47,243 bases of DNA, from assembly GCA_050734915.1 (NCBI GenBank), contig JBOHUX010000001.1, positions 1 through 47,243 on the forward strand, read 5' to 3'. Of the stretch, positions 44,117-47,243 are shown piece by piece. Source of the DNA: Candidatus Dormibacteraceae bacterium. Its GTDB lineage: Bacteria > Chloroflexota > Dormibacteria > Dormibacterales > Dormibacteraceae. The notes under the pieces were generated by a model. That model had not been told where the DNA came from. It ran no database searches and worked only from the letters and a program-made list of their open reading frames with translations. The first letter of the stretch is position 1. Each line of letters begins with the position of its first letter. The position numbers and the translations under genes are program-made.

Positions 44117-45466
44117 CTAGAGGCCGCCCATGAGGCGGCCCAGGCGGGATGGCGCCGGGCGCCTGGTGCCCGGCTTGGTGAACTGCTTGACCAGCCGCTG
44201 CATCGCCTCGCGGGCCTTGAGCAGGCGGTTCACGTCCGCGGGCCCGGTCCCGCTCCCACTGGCGATCCGGCGCCGGCGGGAGCCGTCGATGATCTCGGGA
44301 TGCGCCCGCTCGCGAGCCGTCATGGAGAGGATGATGGCCTCCATCCGGCGCGCCTCCGCCTCCGGGTCGGAGCCCTCCATTCGGCCCTCGAGCCCGCCCA
44401 GGCCGGGCATCATCTCCAGCACCCCCTTGATCGGGCCCATCTCCCGGACCTGCCGGAGCTGGGCCAGGAAGTCGTCGAACGTGAGGTGTCCCGAGCGGAG
44501 GTGGCGCTCGAGATGTTCGGACGACTGCCTGTCGACCACCCGCTCTGCCCGCTCGATGAGGGTCATGACGTCGCCCATGCCGAGAATCCGGGAGGCCATG
44601 CGGTCGGCGTGGAAGATCTCCAGGTCGCCAGGGCGTTCGCCGACACCGGCGAAGCGCACCTGCTGTCCGGTCGCCTCTCGCAGCGAGAGCGCCGCGCCCC
44701 CACGCGCGTCGCCGTCCAGCTTCGTCAGCACGATCCCCCCCACCTGAACCGCGTCGTGGAAGGCGCGGCCGACGTTGACCGCCTCCTGTCCGGTCATGGC
44801 GTCCGCCACCAGCAGCGTCTCCGTGACCGCCGCCACGGCCCGCAGCCGCGCCAGCTCCTCCATCAGCTCCCGGTCCGCCTGGAGCCGGCCGGACGTGTCG
44901 AGGATGACGAGGTCGGCACCGGAGCGCGAGGCCTCTGCCAGGGCGGCCGTCGCGATCTCCTCCACCCCTTCCGAGCCGCCGGGCCCGAAGAAGGGAATCC
45001 CCTCCCGGTCGGCGAGCACCCGCAGCTGATGGGCCGCGGCCGGGCGCCGCAGGTCGAGTGCCACCACCATCGGGTGCCGCCCGTCCTCGCGCCGCGCGAA
45101 GAGCGCCAGCTTGACGGCCGTCGTCGTCTTGCCCGAGCCCTGGAGGCCCGCCAGCATGATGGTCGTCGGCGGCTCCGCCGCATACCTCAACCCGGTCCGG
45201 TTCCCGCCCAGGAGCTCGACCAGCTCGTCGTGGACGACCTTCACCACGTGCTGGGCGGCGGTCAGGCCGGACGAGATCTCGGCTCCCAGCAGGCGCTCGC
45301 GAAGGCGCTCCTGGAAGCGCTTCACGACCTTGTAGTGGACATCCGCCTCGAGCAGGGCAAGCCGGATCTCCCGCAGAGCCACGTCCACGTCCTCGGGGCG
45401 CAGAACCCCCTTCCCCCTCAGCCTTCTGAGCGCCCCCGTGAGGCGGCTGGTGAGCGTCTCGAACAT
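44117..45466 (-). CDS. ffh: Signal recognition particle protein Ffh
   Basis: 449 aa. It shows [25 protein letters not shown] and [14 protein letters not shown], followed by a Met-rich M domain. Confidence 0.95.
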   Translation of the reverse strand: MFETLTSRLTGALRRLRGKGVLRPEDVDVALREIRLALLEADVHYKVVKRFQERLRERLLGAEISSGLTAAQHVVKVVHDELVELLGGNRTGLRYAAEPPTTIMLAGLQGSGKTTTAVKLALFARREDGRHPMVVALDLRRPAAAHQLRVLADREGIPFFGPGGSEGVEEIATAALAEASRSGADLVILDTSGRLQADRELMEELARLRAVAAVTETLLVADAMTGQEAVNVGRAFHDAVQVGGIVLTKLDGDARGGAALSLREATGQQVRFAGVGERPGDLEIFHADRMASRILGMGDVMTLIERAERVVDRQSSEHLERHLRSGHLTFDDFLAQLRQVREMGPIKGVLEMMPGLGGLEGRMEGSDPEAEARRMEAIILSMTARERAHPEIIDGSRRRRIASGSGTGPADVNRLLKAREAMQRLVKQFTKPGTRRPAPSRLGRLMGGL

Positions 45467-45468
45467 CC

Positions 45469-45801
45469 TCAGGCCTCCGCCAGCCGGGCCTCGAGCCGGG
45501 CCAGCCGATGCCTCAACGCCCTCACCTCGCGCGCGAGGTCCCCGTCAGCCAGGCGGCGGCGATCGTCCTCTTCCAGCAGCCGGAGCCGCTGGTCGGCCCC
45601 TTCCAGTGCGGCGAGGGCACGCCGGAGCAGGTCGTGGACCGCCGCCCGGGAGGTGCCCTGCCCGGCCGCGATCTCCGACAGCGACCAGTCGCTGCGAAGG
45701 CTCAGGCCGAGCACCTCGCGCTGACGGTCGGTCAGCAGAGCACCGTAGCGCTCGAGGAGCGCGATCTGACGCTGGCGGGCGGCAAGGGTGTCAAGGAGCA
45801 T
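45469..45801 (-). CDS. ylxM: YlxM-like (UPF0122) putative HTH protein of the ffh operon
   Basis: 110 aa. [48 protein letters not shown] matches the YlxM layout, and it lies immediately upstream of ffh. Confidence 0.8.
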   Translation of the reverse strand: MLLDTLAARQRQIALLERYGALLTDRQREVLGLSLRSDWSLSEIAAGQGTSRAAVHDLLRRALAALEGADQRLRLLEEDDRRRLADGDLAREVRALRHRLARLEARLAEA

Positions 45802-45878
45802 GCCTTGACAGCATACGCCTCAGCCCCGAACAACAGTACGAGCGCAGGTTCGACGCCGTCGGTGGGGTTATAAGTGAG

Positions 45879-46562
45879 ATGCGCACCATCAAATACGCCG
45901 CCCTTGCCACCACCGCATTGACCGGCATCATCGGGGTGCTGGCCGGAGCCCAGCCCGTCTTCGCCCGGTCCTATCGGGTCCGGCCGGGCGACACCTTCTG
46001 GGCGATCTCCCGCCGGACCGGGATCAGAGAAGCCACCCTGGTGCGCCTCAACCATCCCCGCAATCCCAACTTCATCATCCCCGGCGAGATCATCGAGCTC
46101 ACCGCCGCGCCCCGGCCGCATCGGATCCGCACCCCGCGGCCGGCGGGGATCGGCCGCCCGGAGGCGCGCGTCGATCTCATGGCCGCGGCCCAGCGGCACG
46201 GGCTCAACGCCGCCTTCGTGCTCGCCGTCTCCTGGTGGGAGAGCGGATGGAACCAGTCCGCGGTCTCCCGCGATGGGGCGATCGGCCTCATGCAGATCAT
46301 GCCCGCCACCGCCGCCTGGGCGGGACCGCACCTGCTCGGCCACCGGGTGGACATCCGGGACCCTCGTCAGAACGCTGATCTGGGCGCCGCCCTGCTCCGC
46401 CGCTATCTGGACCGGTTCGGAAGCCCCCAGCTGGCGCTGGCCGCCTACTACCAGGGCGCCTCGGCGGTTGAGAAGCACGGCATCTTCAAGTCCAGCCGCC
46501 GCTACGTGGACGGCATCTGGGACCTGCGCTGGCGCTTCATGCGCGATCTCGACAGGACATAG
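45879..46562 (+). CDS. Secreted LysM-domain lytic transglycosylase (SLT domain)
   Basis: Uses the frame of track ORF 45438..46562, with the start placed at ATG 45879. It has a signal-like N-terminus (MRTIKYAALATTALTGIIGVLAGAQPVFA), a LysM domain (YRVRPGDTFWAISRRTGI...NPNFIIPGEIIEL) and an SLT catalytic region (SWWESGWNQSAVSRDGAIGLMQI). Confidence 0.85.
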   Translation: MRTIKYAALATTALTGIIGVLAGAQPVFARSYRVRPGDTFWAISRRTGIREATLVRLNHPRNPNFIIPGEIIELTAAPRPHRIRTPRPAGIGRPEARVDLMAAAQRHGLNAAFVLAVSWWESGWNQSAVSRDGAIGLMQIMPATAAWAGPHLLGHRVDIRDPRQNADLGAALLRRYLDRFGSPQLALAAYYQGASAVEKHGIFKSSRRYVDGIWDLRWRFMRDLDRT

Positions 46563-47224
46563 AAGGTGGGGCTGGACTCGAGGTCCGCGCCCGGGGCGCC
46601 CAGGAGCCGGACCAGCCGCAGGCCGGCCGCCGCCAGCCAGCCCTCGACCGCCTCCGGTTCGATGAGGGCTTCCCCGCCGACCTGGGTCACCACCTCGCCG
46701 CCCGGCAGCCGGTAGTCCACCTCCAGCTCGATCGCGCCGCCGCGCCAAGAGCTGACTCGGAACCCGGGCGCCCCGCCCGCCCGGACCCAGTGGGGATTGA
46801 TCAGCTCCAACCCCAGGCGCCCGTCCGGGGCGAGGCGCGCGGCGGCGGCCAGAAGGCGTGCGCGCCGCTCGGCCGGACTCGGCGGCGCCAGGACGCCGGC
46901 GGGCGCCATCACCAACCGGAACCGCCGCACGAGATCGAGGTCCTCGATCCGGGACCGGATCACCTCGCTGCCCGGCATCCGCCCTCGGCAGACCCTCACC
47001 ATGCCGGGGTGGATGTCCACCCCGACCACCTCGATGCCCCTTCGCGCGAGCGGTGCCGCCAGGCGTCCCGCTCCAACCCCCAGATAGAGGACGGGGCCCC
47101 GCGCCCGCCGCCCCCATCGCAGCCACGGCTCGAGATCGGTCTCGTAGGGCAGCGACGCATAGAGGTCCGCAAGCGCGGGATCGGGGTCGGCGGGATCGTC
47201 GCGGACCACCCTCGGCAACCTCAA
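46502..47224 (-). CDS. Class I SAM-dependent methyltransferase
   Basis: 240 aa with a TTG start. The SAM-binding motif I is VLYLGVGAGRLAAPLARRGIEVVGVDIHPGMV. Its 3' end overlaps the convergent transglycosylase gene by 61 nt. Confidence 0.75.
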   Translation of the reverse strand: MRLPRVVRDDPADPDPALADLYASLPYETDLEPWLRWGRRARGPVLYLGVGAGRLAAPLARRGIEVVGVDIHPGMVRVCRGRMPGSEVIRSRIEDLDLVRRFRLVMAPAGVLAPPSPAERRARLLAAAARLAPDGRLGLELINPHWVRAGGAPGFRVSSWRGGAIELEVDYRLPGGEVVTQVGGEALIEPEAVEGWLAAAGLRLVRLLGAPGADLESSPTFYVLSRSRMKRQRRSQMPST

Positions 47225-47243
47225 GCTATGCTCCGGAGAATGG

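Noticed and set aside
45805-45810. A perfect TTGACA hexamer between ylxM and the SLT gene.
   Set aside because: No acceptable -10 lies 16 to 19 nt downstream on the plus strand. The TATAAG at 45869..45874 is 58 nt away, so this was not called as a promoter.

Overview
This is a very GC-rich bacterial chromosomal segment; third codon positions are almost all G/C, which produces many long spurious antisense ORFs. It is densely coding. I support 51 CDS and saw no rRNA, tRNA, CRISPR array, transposase or integrase. The backbone is a run of minus-strand housekeeping blocks with Gram-positive/actinobacterial-type synteny. In coordinate order these are alaS (partial), a sigma-B/F-type stress operon (DUF948, YtxH, RsbW-like, sigma), aspS-hisS-MBL-rel, and proS. 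Then come ispG-rseP-dxr-cdsA-uppS-frr-pyrH-tsf-rpsB, topA-dprA-comM, and yraN-rnhB-rplS-trmD-rimM-KH-rpsP-ffh-ylxM. Three plus-strand modules interrupt this backbone. (1) A roughly 12.4 kb hopanoid cluster: polyprenyl synthase, type-2 IPP isomerase, hpnC, hpnD, hpnE, shc, a Zn-dependent dehydrogenase and an SRPBCC protein, then a divergent MerR regulator, then hpnH, hpnA and hpnG. (2) A Ku plus ligase-only LigD end-joining pair. (3) A LysM/lytic transglycosylase gene. The most interesting candidates are listed below.
- The dehydrogenase + SRPBCC pair is translationally coupled to shc and is a possible unassigned hopanoid side-chain step.
- The RsbW-like anti-sigma factor has lost every ATP-binding motif, has no RsbV partner in the window, and sits behind a GTTT-N15-GGGTAA promoter.
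- hpnA and hpnG lack canonical start codons where their folds begin.
- Several perfect palindromes or dyads lie at the topA, proS, merR/hpnH and ligD/yraN junctions.

All calls rest on reading the sequence and recognising motifs. No database search was run.
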